Assembly: GCA_964510515.1 (NCBI GenBank)
Contig: CAZEAU010000008.1
Location: 5,379 to 69,378 of the forward strand
Direction of reading: 5' to 3'
DNA: 64,000 nucleotides
Source of the DNA: an uncultured Actinomycetota bacterium
GTDB lineage: Bacteria > Actinomycetota > Geothermincolia > Geothermincolales > RBG-13-55-18
Shown: positions 20,619 through 30,235 of the stretch, one piece after another
Numbering within the stretch: position 1 is the stretch's first letter
Layout: the number at the start of each line of letters is the position of its first letter
Made by a program: the position numbers and the translations under genes
Notes under the pieces: generated by a model
Database searches by the model: none
What the model was told of the DNA's origin: nothing
The model's input: only the letters and a program-made list of their open reading frames with translations

Positions 20619-21014
20619 GTGTTCGCCGTGGCCGCGACCGCACTGGTGGTGGACGACGACAGGCTCCTGCTGAGGCTGGTCGAGCTGAACCTGGGCAGGG
20701 TCGGCATCAGGGTGCTGCTTGCGGACAGCGGGAGCGAGGCCCTGCGTATAGCCCGGGAGGCGAAGCCGGACGTGATCCTGCTCGACCTGATAATGCCGGC
20801 CATGGATGGCTACGAGGTCTTGCGGCAGCTGAAGTCGGGCGAGAGCACGCGGGAGATACCGGTCGTGGTGCTCAGCGCCAAGCCCAGCCTCGACGACCGC
20901 CGCAGGTGCGAGGATATGGGGGCGGCGGGCTTCATCGGCAAACCCTTCAACCTCGCTGAACTGCGCGCGGCGGTGCGGGCTATAGTCGGCTTGGACGATC
21001 CGGGCCCGACATAG
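20619..21014 (+). CDS. Single-domain response regulator
   Basis: LVVDDD, LDLIMPAMDG, LSA, KPF. Confidence 0.88.
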   Translation: MFAVAATALVVDDDRLLLRLVELNLGRVGIRVLLADSGSEALRIAREAKPDVILLDLIMPAMDGYEVLRQLKSGESTREIPVVVLSAKPSLDDRRRCEDMGAAGFIGKPFNLAELRAAVRAIVGLDDPGPT

Positions 21015-21085
21015 CCGCGGCGCTCGAGGCCGCGCTCCGCGCCCGGCGGCGGGCCACGGAGCTCCCGCGCGATTGCAGCTCGCCG

Positions 21086-21682
21086 CTAGGGAGTGAGGAA
21101 TCTCTGGAACAGCGCCAGCTGCTGCGCGTTCTTCACCGCCCCGCGCACCTTGAACCTGCCGCCGGCGACGGCCCGCAGCATCTTCTGCCCCTCCTCGCCC
21201 TGCAGCCAGGCGAGGATCTGCTTGCCCTTGCCGATGCGGGCCAGGCTGAGCAGCAGCGCGAGTTCCGTGTGCACATAGACGCCCGCTCCCTCGATTACCC
21301 CGTTGGCGACCTCGACGTCGCTCGCCCGGAAGATCATGGTAGCGGCCATCTCGGGGTGCTCGAGGTCCTGCACGGCAATGGAGACATTCATCCTGTCCGC
21401 AACCTTACGCTTGTAGGGGTCGCGGATGAACCCCTTGACCAGCTCCCCCATCATGTAGGCGAGGGGGTTCGGCTCGGCTTCCCGCATGGTGACCGTGCCT
21501 CCACCCGGGGGCAGCTGCTCCGCCTTGCCTTTCGAGGCCTGGGCGGCCGCGGCGGCCGCGCCCCCCACGAGAGCCAGGAAGAGGCACCTCCTCCTCCGCC
21601 TGCGTGCCCTCGCCCTCTTGAGTTCCCTCCTGATCAGCCGGGCCTCCTGCCCCACCGCCTTCCTTATCTCTCTTCTGCTCAC
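21086..21682 (-). CDS. Hypothetical protein: Arg-rich N-terminus, hydrophobic anchor, SCP2-like C-terminal domain
   Basis: GTG with GGAGG SD; C-terminal AVAGGRFKVRG resembles SCP2 sterol-binding proteins. Confidence 0.6.
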   Translation of the reverse strand: MSRREIRKAVGQEARLIRRELKRARARRRRRRCLFLALVGGAAAAAAQASKGKAEQLPPGGGTVTMREAEPNPLAYMMGELVKGFIRDPYKRKVADRMNVSIAVQDLEHPEMAATMIFRASDVEVANGVIEGAGVYVHTELALLLSLARIGKGKQILAWLQGEEGQKMLRAVAGGRFKVRGAVKNAQQLALFQRFLTP

Positions 21683-21879
21683 TACTTCCTCCTTCACCCT
21701 CCGGCTGGACTTGCCCCGAAGCCAACGACAGACGCCCGCTTTCCCGCCCCGATCATCCCCATATTCTACCCCATATCGGGGCATCGGATCCCGCTCAGGC
21801 CCGGCAAGGCGCAGCGGAAGGACGCGCCGCGGGGGCGCGGCGGCGGGGGGCGGTGAAGCCCCGTGGCGACCACGCATGC

Positions 21880-21907
21880 AAAAGCCCGGGGGGCTCATCC
21901 CCCGGGC
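21880..21907 (-). terminator. Intrinsic terminator after tRNA-Ser(GCT)
   Basis: Minus strand GCCCGGGGG-loop-CCCCCGGGC-TTTT. Confidence 0.7.
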
Positions 21908-21914
21908 GCGATGT

Positions 21915-22005
21915 TGGCGGAAGGGGTGGGATTTGAACCCACGGTGCGGTCTCCCGCACAATCGCTTAGCAGGCGATCACCTTAGGCCAGCTCGGTCACC
22001 CTTCC
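21915..22005 (-). tRNA. tRNA-Ser(GCT)
   Basis: GGAAGGG acceptor, ATCGC-CTGCTAA-GCGAT anticodon arm, long variable arm, GGTTCAAATCC, encoded CCA. Confidence 0.95.
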
Positions 22006-22091
22006 AGCGGTCGTTAACCGGCCTTGCCCGGCCCACACACATTATAGGATGGCGCTCTCTGCGCCCGCCAGTCAAATACCCTCGCCGAGGG

Positions 22092-22298
22092 CTATGCGCC
22101 CTCCCCGCCGGCGGCGCGGTCGCAGATGAGCTCCCCGCCGACGCACACATTCTCCGGGGAGTTCTCCTTGATGATAACCACGAATGCCTGGCGGGGAAGG
22201 CCGTAAGCCTTCTCCAGGGCATCGGTTATCTCGCTGGTCATGGCCCTCTTGGCCTCGAGATCCTTGATGGGAGGGCCGTCAACATAGACGTTCGGCAT
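22092..22298 (-). CDS. 4-oxalocrotonate tautomerase family protein (DmpI-like)
   Basis: N-terminal Pro (MPNV), IKENSPENVCVGG. Confidence 0.85.
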   Translation of the reverse strand: MPNVYVDGPPIKDLEAKRAMTSEITDALEKAYGLPRQAFVVIIKENSPENVCVGGELICDRAAGGEGA

Positions 22299-22416
22299 CT
22301 CTTTCCCCCTCTCTCCGCCGCGCGCCGTTCGCGTGCGGCTCCGCATTTGCCTCGCCTTCGCTCACACTACCATATCGCGCGCGGAGGGGGGAGCGGCCAC
22401 CCGCCGCAAGACCACG

Positions 22417-22666
22417 CCGCCGTCACAGCTGTTCGTAGAGCCAGGTGGGGAGGTAGCGCTCGCCGCTGGAGGGGACGATAACCACCACCAGCTTGCCCGC
22501 GTTTTCCTCGCGCCCGGCCACCGCCAGTGCCGCCCACACCGCCGTCACAGCTGTTCGTAGAGCCAGGTGGAGAGGTAGCGCTCGCCGCTGGAGGGGACGA
22601 TAACCACCACCAGCTTGCCCGCGTTTTCCTCGCGCCCGGCCACCGCCAGTGCCGCCCACACCGCCG
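22417..22666. repeat. 122-bp tandem duplication of the cysK 3' end
   Basis: 22417-22538 matches 22539-22660 with one mismatch; CCGCCG at 22417, 22539 and 22661. Confidence 0.9.
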
Positions 22667-23471
22667 CCCCCGAGGATATGCCGGCCGGGATCCCCTCTTC
22701 CCTGGCCATGCTGCGCGCCGTCTCTCCCGCGTCCTCATCGCATACGGCGATGACCTCGTCGATGAGGTCGGTCCTCAGGATGTCCGGGACGAAGCCCGCC
22801 CCGATGCCCTGTATCCCGTGCGGGCCCGGCTTGCCCCCGGAGAGGACGGGGGACTCCGCCGGCTCCACGGCCACCACCTGGAAACCCGGCTTCCTCTCCT
22901 TGATCGCCTCCGCCACGCCGCTGATGGTCCCGCCGGTGCCCACGCCCGCGACCAGGATATCGACCCTTCCTTGCGTGTCCTCCCAGATCTCCCGCGCCGT
23001 GGTCTCCCGGTGCACGGCGGTGTTGACGGGGTTCTTGAACTGCTGGGGCATGTAGCCGCGCGGCGTCCGGGCGAGGACCTCCTCGGCCCTGGCGATGGCC
23101 CCCCGCATCCCCTCCGCGCCCGGGGTGAGCAGCAGCTCGGCCCCCAGGGCGGCGAGCAGTTTCCTCCGCTCCTCGCTCATGTTGTCGGGCATGGCCAGAA
23201 TGAGGCGGTAGCCCCTGGACGCGCACACGAAGGCGAGGGCGATGCCGGTGTTCCCGCTGGTGGGCTCGATGACCACGCTCCCCTCCGCAAGCAGCCCCCT
23301 GCGCTCCGCATCCTCGATCATGCCCACGGCGATGCGGTCCTTCACGCTGCTCAGCGGGTTGAAGAACTCGAGCTTGGCGTATATCTCCGCCTTCGCCCCG
23401 CGGGAGACCCTCTTCAGCCTGACCAGGGGGGTGTTCCCCACGGTCCCGGTGATGTCCTCGTAGAGTCTCAC
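22545..23471 (-). CDS. cysK: Cysteine synthase A
   Basis: [48 protein letters not shown]. Confidence 0.95.
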   Translation of the reverse strand: MRLYEDITGTVGNTPLVRLKRVSRGAKAEIYAKLEFFNPLSSVKDRIAVGMIEDAERRGLLAEGSVVIEPTSGNTGIALAFVCASRGYRLILAMPDNMSEERRKLLAALGAELLLTPGAEGMRGAIARAEEVLARTPRGYMPQQFKNPVNTAVHRETTAREIWEDTQGRVDILVAGVGTGGTISGVAEAIKERKPGFQVVAVEPAESPVLSGGKPGPHGIQGIGAGFVPDILRTDLIDEVIAVCDEDAGETARSMAREEGIPAGISSGAAVWAALAVAGREENAGKLVVVIVPSSGERYLSTWLYEQL

Positions 23472-23890
23472 TTCGTGCGTCCTTCCTCTTCATCCGGCCT
23501 GCTCCGCGCCGCATACGCGCCGCGCCGCCGCTTGATTCCGGGCATCGCCCGCCCGGCTCGGGGAGGAGGCGCTCCCCCTCGGGCGAAGAGGCCTCCGCAG
23601 CGACCATAACACAGCCTTTTGACGCGCGCACATCGCGCATTGATCCGCGGCATGACCGCGGCGCAACTCCATCCTCGGAAAGACCCACCGGCGCGCCCGC
23701 GGCCCCCGCCATCCCGCCGCGGTCATCACCTGCCCCAGACCTTTCACGCGCATTCCCCACGGGAATCATTCTTTCACCGCGCGGACAGGGACAAACACGC
23801 CGACCTCATCCGCGCCGCCCGGCCTGTCACGGCGGCGGCGCGCGCAAAGTTCACGCCGAGCAGCGTTTTGCCGGGGAGCAGGCTGGCGAC

Positions 23891-24102
23891 GCCGGAGGGG
23901 GAATAGAGCTGTGGATAAGGTGCAGCGCGTGGTGGTGGGGGCCGGCGGCATACATGCCGTGGCGGACGGAGAGGCGGGGTCTTCCCTATTTGATGTGCCG
24001 GAGGGGGAATAGAGCTGTGGATAAGGTGCAGCGCGTGGTGGTGGGGGCCGGCGGCATACATGCCGTGGCGGACGGAGAGGCGGGGTCTTCCCTATTTGAT
24101 GT
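23891..24102. repeat. 106-bp perfect tandem duplication
   Basis: 23891-23996 equals 23997-24102; includes the last codons and stop of the TauE gene. Confidence 0.9.
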
Positions 24103-24868
24103 GGTTGATGACCAGGACGGCAACGCCCAATGTGACCAATACCGTGCCCGTGGCCCGGTTCAACACCTTCACCGGCGCCCGGTTGGCGTATTTTGCGGCG
24201 ACCCTCGCCCACAGCAAGGTGCTGACGATGCAGAAGGCGAGCGCCCACGCGTCCGGCATGCCGCCGATGACGAAATGGCTGATGGAACCGGTAAGGGCGG
24301 TGAAGGCCATGATGAAGACGCTGGTCCCCACCGCGGTTTTCAGCTCGTAGCCGAGGGCGGTGGTGAGGACGAAGAGCATCATCAGCCCGCCGCCGGCTCC
24401 GACGAACCCGCAGACAAAACCCACCACAACGCCGCTGAGGGCGGAGCGGACGAACATGTCTCTTGCGCGGGCATGCGTAAGCCGCGCCCTGGGGGCCATG
24501 ACCGGCTTGACGATGAACCTGATGCCGAGCAGAAGGGTCATGAAGATGGAGGACCCCCCCAGGGCGGTGCTGGGGACGAGGCTGGAAACGTAGCTTCCCA
24601 CCAGGGTGAAACACAGGACCGCGGCCATCATGACCAGGCCGTTCCGGATGTCCAGGTTCCTGTTCCTGCCGTAGGTATAGGCGGAGACGGCACTGGCCAG
24701 GACGTCGCTGGCAAGCGCTATCCCCACCGCCATATAGGGCTCCATATCGAGGAAGGCGATGAGCATGGGGCTGATGACCACGGCCGCGCTCATGCCCGCG
24801 AAACCGGTCCCGAGGCCGGCGCCGAGGCCGGCGATAAAACAGATGGCGAACTTGAACAGCATCTCCAT
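24092..24868 (-). CDS. Sulfite exporter TauE/SafE (TSUP) family membrane protein
   Basis: AGLGTGFAG, GFVGAGGG, AVGTS motifs; ~8 TM segments. Confidence 0.85.
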   Translation of the reverse strand: MEMLFKFAICFIAGLGAGLGTGFAGMSAAVVISPMLIAFLDMEPYMAVGIALASDVLASAVSAYTYGRNRNLDIRNGLVMMAAVLCFTLVGSYVSSLVPSTALGGSSIFMTLLLGIRFIVKPVMAPRARLTHARARDMFVRSALSGVVVGFVCGFVGAGGGLMMLFVLTTALGYELKTAVGTSVFIMAFTALTGSISHFVIGGMPDAWALAFCIVSTLLWARVAAKYANRAPVKVLNRATGTVLVTLGVAVLVINHIK

Positions 24869-24889
24869 TATCTGTTTATTTCTGCGCCG

Positions 24890-25010
24890 GGCCGTCATCA
24901 CCTGGCATGACTTGCGCTCCGGCGGCAAGTTGGACATCTACACCCAGCGGGTGAACGCAGGCACCTCGCCCCCGGCCGCCTGGTACCTGGCCGAGTGGCA
25001 CGACTGGGGT
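24890..25010 (+). pseudogene. Relic of a secreted surface-protein gene
   Basis: Reads AVITWHDLRSGGKLDIYTQRVNAGTSPPAAWYLAE..DWG; lacks own start and flanks. Confidence 0.5.
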
Positions 25011-25143
25011 CAACCCTCCCAAGTGCCATACGTGCGGAGCCGGGCGGGCACAGGGGGCCAATCAGCCATCGCCTCGTGCCTCAATATCAGGCCACCAATG
25101 GGAAATCAGGATATCTATTTCCCTGACCCCAGCTCAAACATAG

Positions 25144-25174
<31 letters not shown>

Positions 25175-25309
25175 AGACCCCTCGCGGAGCCCAACGGTTT
25201 TCTAGCCTGATGTACTCTCGAATGGCGTTATAAGCCGGCCCCATGACAGTTACTGCTGAATCCGTTGGTGATTCTTCTCAGGCGACTTCGGATCTCTTCG
25301 GTAACGAAG

Positions 25310-25643
25310 CTACCTCAGCTTCTTCAATTGTACCTTCAAGCCTTTGATGTCCTTGCCGGCAACCCTCCAAGTAAGCTTGAGATCCAGGCCAAAGTATTCG
25401 TGGACGATTATGTCCCGCATCCCTGCCATCTCTTTCCAGGGTATGTCGGGATTCAGCTCCTTGTAGTCCTGCGGGAGGTTCTTCGTGGCTTCGCCGATTA
25501 TCTCGAGCCTTCGCATAACCGCGTCCTGAAGTTGAGTTGAGGCCATGAAATCATCAACCGTCTTGCCGTGAAGGTAACCCTCGATGAGCTCGATGCATTC
25601 CAGAATATGCTCTATGAATAAATACCTGTGGTTCCTTTTTCAC
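25310..25643 (-). pseudogene. HEPN/DUF86 (HepT-like) toxin, frameshifted near the start
   Basis: RRLEIIGEA, IPWKEMAGMRDIIVHEYFG (Rx4H); GTG overlaps the MNT stop; TATT-TATT duplication breaks the frame. Confidence 0.75.
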
Positions 25644-25933
25644 AGAATGACCTTCTGCTCGCCCAATATCCTGTCCTTGAGAAGTGGATGCAGGGATTCA
25701 TAGGTGAGCACATCCACGCCCCTACCCAGGATCTCCTCCAGCTCTATCTTCAGACCGGCCAGATCCAGCAGGCTCTTTTCCCCGCCCAGCTCGACGAGGA
25801 TGTCCACGTCGCTCTGCTCATCGCTTTCCTCTCTCGCGATGGAGCCGAAAAGCGAAGCCTTGATAACATCATGCCTATCGAGCACGGGTAAAATCTTCGT
25901 CTTTACCTCTTCCAAGGTCATCCTTTTGCCCAT
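25640..25933 (-). CDS. Minimal nucleotidyltransferase (MNT/MntA-like antitoxin)
   Basis: LFGSIAR...SDVDILV...LGRGVDVLT. Confidence 0.9.
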   Translation of the reverse strand: MGKRMTLEEVKTKILPVLDRHDVIKASLFGSIAREESDEQSDVDILVELGGEKSLLDLAGLKIELEEILGRGVDVLTYESLHPLLKDRILGEQKVIL

Positions 25934-26122
25934 CTGTGCCTTCCCAAACGTGACTTGTGTTTTCCCTGATCATTATAACAATCAGAGGCTGCAACCAGCA
26001 TTTATTTCTGCACGGCCCATATATTTTGTCGAGTCACAAAATATGTCACAGTCCGATTTCAGCCAGTTTCTGCGGATTTCTGATGCGGGAGACGTTTATA
26101 TAAAACCCCAGCTCTAACATAG

Positions 26123-26216
<94 letters not shown>

Positions 26217-26331
26217 GCTTCCCTATTATAGCCGTGCGCCCGCCGCGGTAAAGCCGGGGCCGCCGCGAAGATGGCCGCTCCGCAATTTCATCTGCGCGGG
26301 GTTGCGGGCGCGCGGTATGGGCGGCTCCCGG

Positions 26332-26799
26332 CTATGCGTCCAGGCGGCCGCCGCCGCGCCGGGCGGCGAAGAACTCCCGCAGCACCCGGGCGCATTCCTC
26401 CTCGAGGATGCCCTCGGTCACCTCCATGCGGTGATGCGCGGCCTCGTCGCTCACCAGGTTGTAGCGGCTCCCCGCCGCCCCCAGCCTGAGGTCGCGGGCG
26501 CCGAAGACCAGCCTGCCCACGCGGGCCTGCACCATGGCCCCCGCGCACATGGGACAGGGCTCGAGGGTCACGTAGATGGTGGAACCCTCCAACCTCCAGC
26601 CTCCCAGCCGAGCCGCCCCCTCCCGCAGGGCGAGCAGCTCCGCGTGGTCCAGGGGGTTTCCCGTGGCCTCCCTGCGGTTATGGGCGCGGGCGAGGATCTC
26701 CCCCTCCTGCACCAGCACCGCGCCCACGGGCACCTCGCCCTCCGCGGCGGCGGCTCGCGCCTCCTCCAGGGCCGTGCGCATGTAATCCCGGTCTCTCAA
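26332..26799 (-). CDS. tadA: tRNA adenosine(34) deaminase
   Basis: GEVPVGAV, HAE, VTLEPCPMCAGA; TTG start with GGGAGG SD. Confidence 0.92.
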   Translation of the reverse strand: MRDRDYMRTALEEARAAAAEGEVPVGAVLVQEGEILARAHNRREATGNPLDHAELLALREGAARLGGWRLEGSTIYVTLEPCPMCAGAMVQARVGRLVFGARDLRLGAAGSRYNLVSDEAAHHRMEVTEGILEEECARVLREFFAARRGGGRLDA

Positions 26800-27100
26800 G
26801 TCCGTCCCTCCCCGCCCATGCCTCAACCGTGCTCCCTGCTCCTCTCGTTCGCGTACCATCCAGCGCAGGACGGCGTATGACGAGGCGTGGTTGCGCCCGC
26901 CGTGATGCCAGAGCGGGCGCACCATCCGGCAGGTCATGCACCCGACGCGGTTTCCCTCACCGCACATCGTCCCTTGCTCTCCCCGCGAGCTCGGCCCTGC
27001 GGGCTGTGACTACAGCATACACGGCGTCGGCTCCGCTCAGCCGTTCAGCCCCCGCTGCACGCCGTTCAACCCAATATTCCCTCGCTTGGAGAAAACCCCT

Positions 27101-27127
27101 CAAAGTGGAGCATCTACGTCCCGATAA
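27101..27127 (+). promoter_or_regulatory. sigma-28-type promoter
   Basis: CAAA(GT)-N15-CCCGATAA, 50 bp before the CDS at 27178. Confidence 0.45.
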
Positions 27128-27177
27128 CATATCCGGGACGGAGAAGATATGTACAACGAGGTTAAGGGGGTAAGGTC

Positions 27178-28035
27178 TTGAAGCGCAAATCCGGCAGGGA
27201 GATGAGGGCCTTGATGCTCGCGGTATCGGCATCTGCCCTGCTGCTGCTGCTGGCCATCATCGCCTATTTCATGATGGACGTCGTCATCACCAGCAACCGC
27301 AACATCGAACGCAACAAGCAGCTGGTGATCGAGCAATCGGAGCTGACCCTGGCCAAGATCGCAGGCAACATCTCGGGCATGCGAAAGAACCCGGCTTTGC
27401 TCCACCTTTTCAACCAGGATCTTATAAAGGACATACTGGATGCGAACCTGACCGTTTTCAACGCCTTCGTGGGGGATTTCGTCATCAGCTTCTTCCCCGT
27501 CGCCTACGTGGGGGTGGTCCGGGACGGCGAGGTCGCCTACCATCGCACCGCGCCCGGGGTCGAGGTGGATGCAACCGAGATGCCCGGCATCCCCCCGGCG
27601 GACGATTACGAGACCATGGAATCGTTCGCCGGCAAGGAAGGATTATACATCTCGGCCTTTTACCACGTGGACCTGAGCAACTTGGAGTTGGGCGATTTCC
27701 ACGTCAACATGATCCTCGACCGCAGCGATGAGATGGCGGATGTGGAGAAATACTTCGAGGGGCAGAGGAACGGTCTCGTCATCAGGCTCTCTGTGGCAGC
27801 GGCGATAGCGGTCGTCCTCTCGCTGCTGCTCACCACCCTCAGCCTGCGCCATTTCACCCGCAAGTACGTGGCCCATCCCATTGAGAGGCTCAACCGCATC
27901 GCGGAGGAGATAATCGACGGCACCCATGAGGGCGAGGTGCAGGTGGACAAGGACAGTGCCTACGCCGCCCTGCAGGGCCTGCTGCGCAGCAGCCAGAAGC
28001 TGCTCGACCGCATGGAGCAGGAGATGCGGGAATGA
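27178..28035 (+). CDS. Membrane protein: TM-extracytoplasmic domain-TM-HAMP, no output domain
   Basis: Two TM helices; VAHPIERLNRIAEEIIDG HAMP; ends shortly after the HAMP. Confidence 0.75.
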   Translation: MKRKSGREMRALMLAVSASALLLLLAIIAYFMMDVVITSNRNIERNKQLVIEQSELTLAKIAGNISGMRKNPALLHLFNQDLIKDILDANLTVFNAFVGDFVISFFPVAYVGVVRDGEVAYHRTAPGVEVDATEMPGIPPADDYETMESFAGKEGLYISAFYHVDLSNLELGDFHVNMILDRSDEMADVEKYFEGQRNGLVIRLSVAAAIAVVLSLLLTTLSLRHFTRKYVAHPIERLNRIAEEIIDGTHEGEVQVDKDSAYAALQGLLRSSQKLLDRMEQEMRE

Positions 28036-28062
28036 GAACCGCGAGCGGTACAAGCTCCGGCA

Positions 28063-28090
28063 TAAAGTTTCTTCTCGCCGGACACGATAT
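28063..28090 (+). promoter_or_regulatory. sigma-28-type promoter
   Basis: TAAAGTTT...CACGATAT (TAAA-N16-CACGATAT). Confidence 0.45.
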
Positions 28091-28195
28091 AAGATTAGGA
28101 ATCGCCGTTTCCTGCTGATGGAAAACTGGGTGGGCGCACGGAACCGGAAGTCGCGGCCGCTGCCGAAACAGCGATGCGACCGGGAGGCATAGACG

Positions 28196-28429
28196 TTGGC
28201 AAACAAGCTGGCGCAGGAGATAGAGAGGGTGCTGTCGGACGCGGTCGGCGATTTCATCGCCAAGGCGACGGTGAACAGGAACTGCGAACTCATCGGCACC
28301 ACCCCGGATACGCTGAGCGCTGACCAGCTCCCCGAGCTGGCGGAAAAGATAGATAAATCGGTTTCTTTCTTCTCGGGCAAGGATATAGGCACCGCGATCG
28401 GGGATAAGATCAGGGAGATCAAGGTGTGA
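28196..28429 (+). CDS. 77-aa helical hypothetical protein
   Basis: GGGAGG SD, TTG start, followed by a hairpin and T-run terminator. Confidence 0.75.
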   Translation: MANKLAQEIERVLSDAVGDFIAKATVNRNCELIGTTPDTLSADQLPELAEKIDKSVSFFSGKDIGTAIGDKIREIKV

Positions 28430-28448
28430 GCGCATGGCGCGGCATGTG

Positions 28449-28476
28449 ACCGGCCGCGCCGCCGCCGGTTTTTTTT
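28449..28476 (+). terminator. Intrinsic terminator
   Basis: ACCGG...CCGGT followed by a T-run. Confidence 0.55.
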
Positions 28477-28531
28477 GCCCCCCACCGCTCGCGGACACGG
28501 GCGGTTGAGTATCCTGGCCCGCGCGCGGGGC

Positions 28532-29518
28532 CTATTTGTTCGACCTGAAATCGATGGAGAAATCCAACCTTCTCAATGCCCGCGCCGCCGCCTGGCGCAC
28601 GTCTTTGTCCTCGTCCCTGGCGGCGCGCTGCAGCGGACCGACCGCCCTCTCGTCGCCTATCTTACCCAGGGACTTCGCCGCGCCCTGGCGCACGTACTTC
28701 TCGCTGTCGTCGAGAGCATCGATGAGAGCCTCCATGGATCTCTTGTCGCCGATCATGCCCAGCGCCTCCGTCGCTTTCCAGCGCACATCGAGCGTGTAAT
28801 CGTGCAGCGCCCTTATCAGCGGGGTCACGGCCCTGATATCCCTCAGCCTGCCGAGGGCTTCAGCGGCCCTCCAGCGGGCGCGCGGGCTGCCCGATTCCAG
28901 CGTCTTCAGAAGCGACAGCACCGCCGGCTCGCCGATCATCTCCAGGGCCTCCAGGGTCCCCTGCCTCACGCGCAGGCGGTCGTCGTCAAGGGCCGCGGTC
29001 AGCGCCTTCACGGCGGGCTTCCCCATCTGTATGAGGGCTTTGAGCGCGCGCTTGCGCACGCGCATGCGCGGGTCGTCCAGGGCCTCGGTGAGGGGCTTCG
29101 CCGCGGGCTCCCCCATATCGATCAACGCTTTCCTCGCGATCCAGCGCACGTTGCCGTCGTCATCCTTGAAGCATTCGATGAGGGAGTCGATGGCGCGGCC
29201 GTCCTTCATTCTCCCCAGCACCCCGGCCGCCTCCGCCCTGGCGTACTTGTTCTTCTCCACCTCCAGCATCCGCAAGAGAGGCTCCACGACCACTCCCCCC
29301 AAGGCCAGCAGGGCATCCGCCGCGTCCCATCTCACGCGGTCGTACTCGTCCCGCAGGCATGAGATGAGCAGCTCGACGGCCTGGCTTCCCCCGAGGTTCT
29401 GCAGGGACCTCACGGCAACCTGCCTGATGCCCGCGTCACCGGTCTCCAGCCTCTGTCTTATCTCGGCGAGCCTGGCCCGGTCGGCCTCGTCGTACGCGTC
29501 GTGCTGCGCCAATATCAT
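28532..29518 (-). CDS. HEAT/PBS-lyase repeat protein
   Basis: Repeated VRxxAAxALGxIGDxRAVxPLIxAL units. Confidence 0.9.
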   Translation of the reverse strand: MILAQHDAYDEADRARLAEIRQRLETGDAGIRQVAVRSLQNLGGSQAVELLISCLRDEYDRVRWDAADALLALGGVVVEPLLRMLEVEKNKYARAEAAGVLGRMKDGRAIDSLIECFKDDDGNVRWIARKALIDMGEPAAKPLTEALDDPRMRVRKRALKALIQMGKPAVKALTAALDDDRLRVRQGTLEALEMIGEPAVLSLLKTLESGSPRARWRAAEALGRLRDIRAVTPLIRALHDYTLDVRWKATEALGMIGDKRSMEALIDALDDSEKYVRQGAAKSLGKIGDERAVGPLQRAARDEDKDVRQAAARALRRLDFSIDFRSNK

Positions 29519-29785
29519 CGCCTCCCGCTGCTATTGTTCCCCCCAAGGGATACCCGCTTCGTCAACATCGGTCGATAAGTATAGCATACGCGAACGGGCA
29601 GCCTTATGAGCAACCCGAGGCGGCCTCTCGATCCCGCTCAACCGGCAGCGCCTGCCGCAACGCCACCGCATCAGGAGCGACGTGCGCGAGCGGGTTTTAG
29701 AGCGGCCGCCCGCCCGTAAACGGTCATTAAAATCTGCCGCCAGAAGGATTATGATATTGATGCCATTAACCTGGGAGGTGACCAC

Positions 29786-30235
29786 ATGCAAGACGGATTG
29801 GACGAGCTGCAGCACATGGTCGAGGAGGACATGCGCGGCGCGTACTCGCAGACGACCATAGACCACGCCATGAACCCGCGCAACATGGGCCGGCTCAATG
29901 ACGCCGACGGGTGGGCCAGGTACACCGGCCCCTGCGGCGACAGCATGGAGATCTGGATAAAGGTAAACGGGGAGAGCATCGTGGAGACCGGCTTCTTCAC
30001 CGACGGATGCGGAACCAGCATCGCGTCCGGGAGCATGGTCGCGGAACTGGCGAGGGGGAAGAGCATCGACGACGCCCTGGAGATAAGCCAAGGCGACGTC
30101 CTCGCAGCCCTGGACGGCCTGCCGGAGGAGAGCGAGCATTGCGCCCTGCTGGCGGCCACCACCCTCAAGCTGGCCATCGGCGACATCTTTGCCCGCCGCA
30201 GGGAGCCCTGGAAAAAGCAATACGAGCGGCACTAA
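29786..30235 (+). CDS. IscU/NifU N-terminal-type Fe-S scaffold
   Basis: NPRNMG, GPCGD, DGCG, EHCA; three conserved Cys. Confidence 0.88.
   Translation: MQDGLDELQHMVEEDMRGAYSQTTIDHAMNPRNMGRLNDADGWARYTGPCGDSMEIWIKVNGESIVETGFFTDGCGTSIASGSMVAELARGKSIDDALEISQGDVLAALDGLPEESEHCALLAATTLKLAIGDIFARRREPWKKQYERH

Noticed and set aside
23472-23890. T-box or SAM riboswitch upstream of cysK
   Set aside because: No T-box or SAM-I core motifs found on the minus strand.
22417-24102. Tandem repeats as a CRISPR array or integron attC sites
   Set aside because: Only two copies each, 106-122 bp long, no spacers, no attC-like palindromic ends, no cas or intI gene.
25637-25643. Selenocysteine read-through producing an MNT-HEPN fusion
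   Set aside because: The TGA is at the normal MNT end, no SECIS-like hairpin is evident, and a 4-bp duplication explains the frame more simply.
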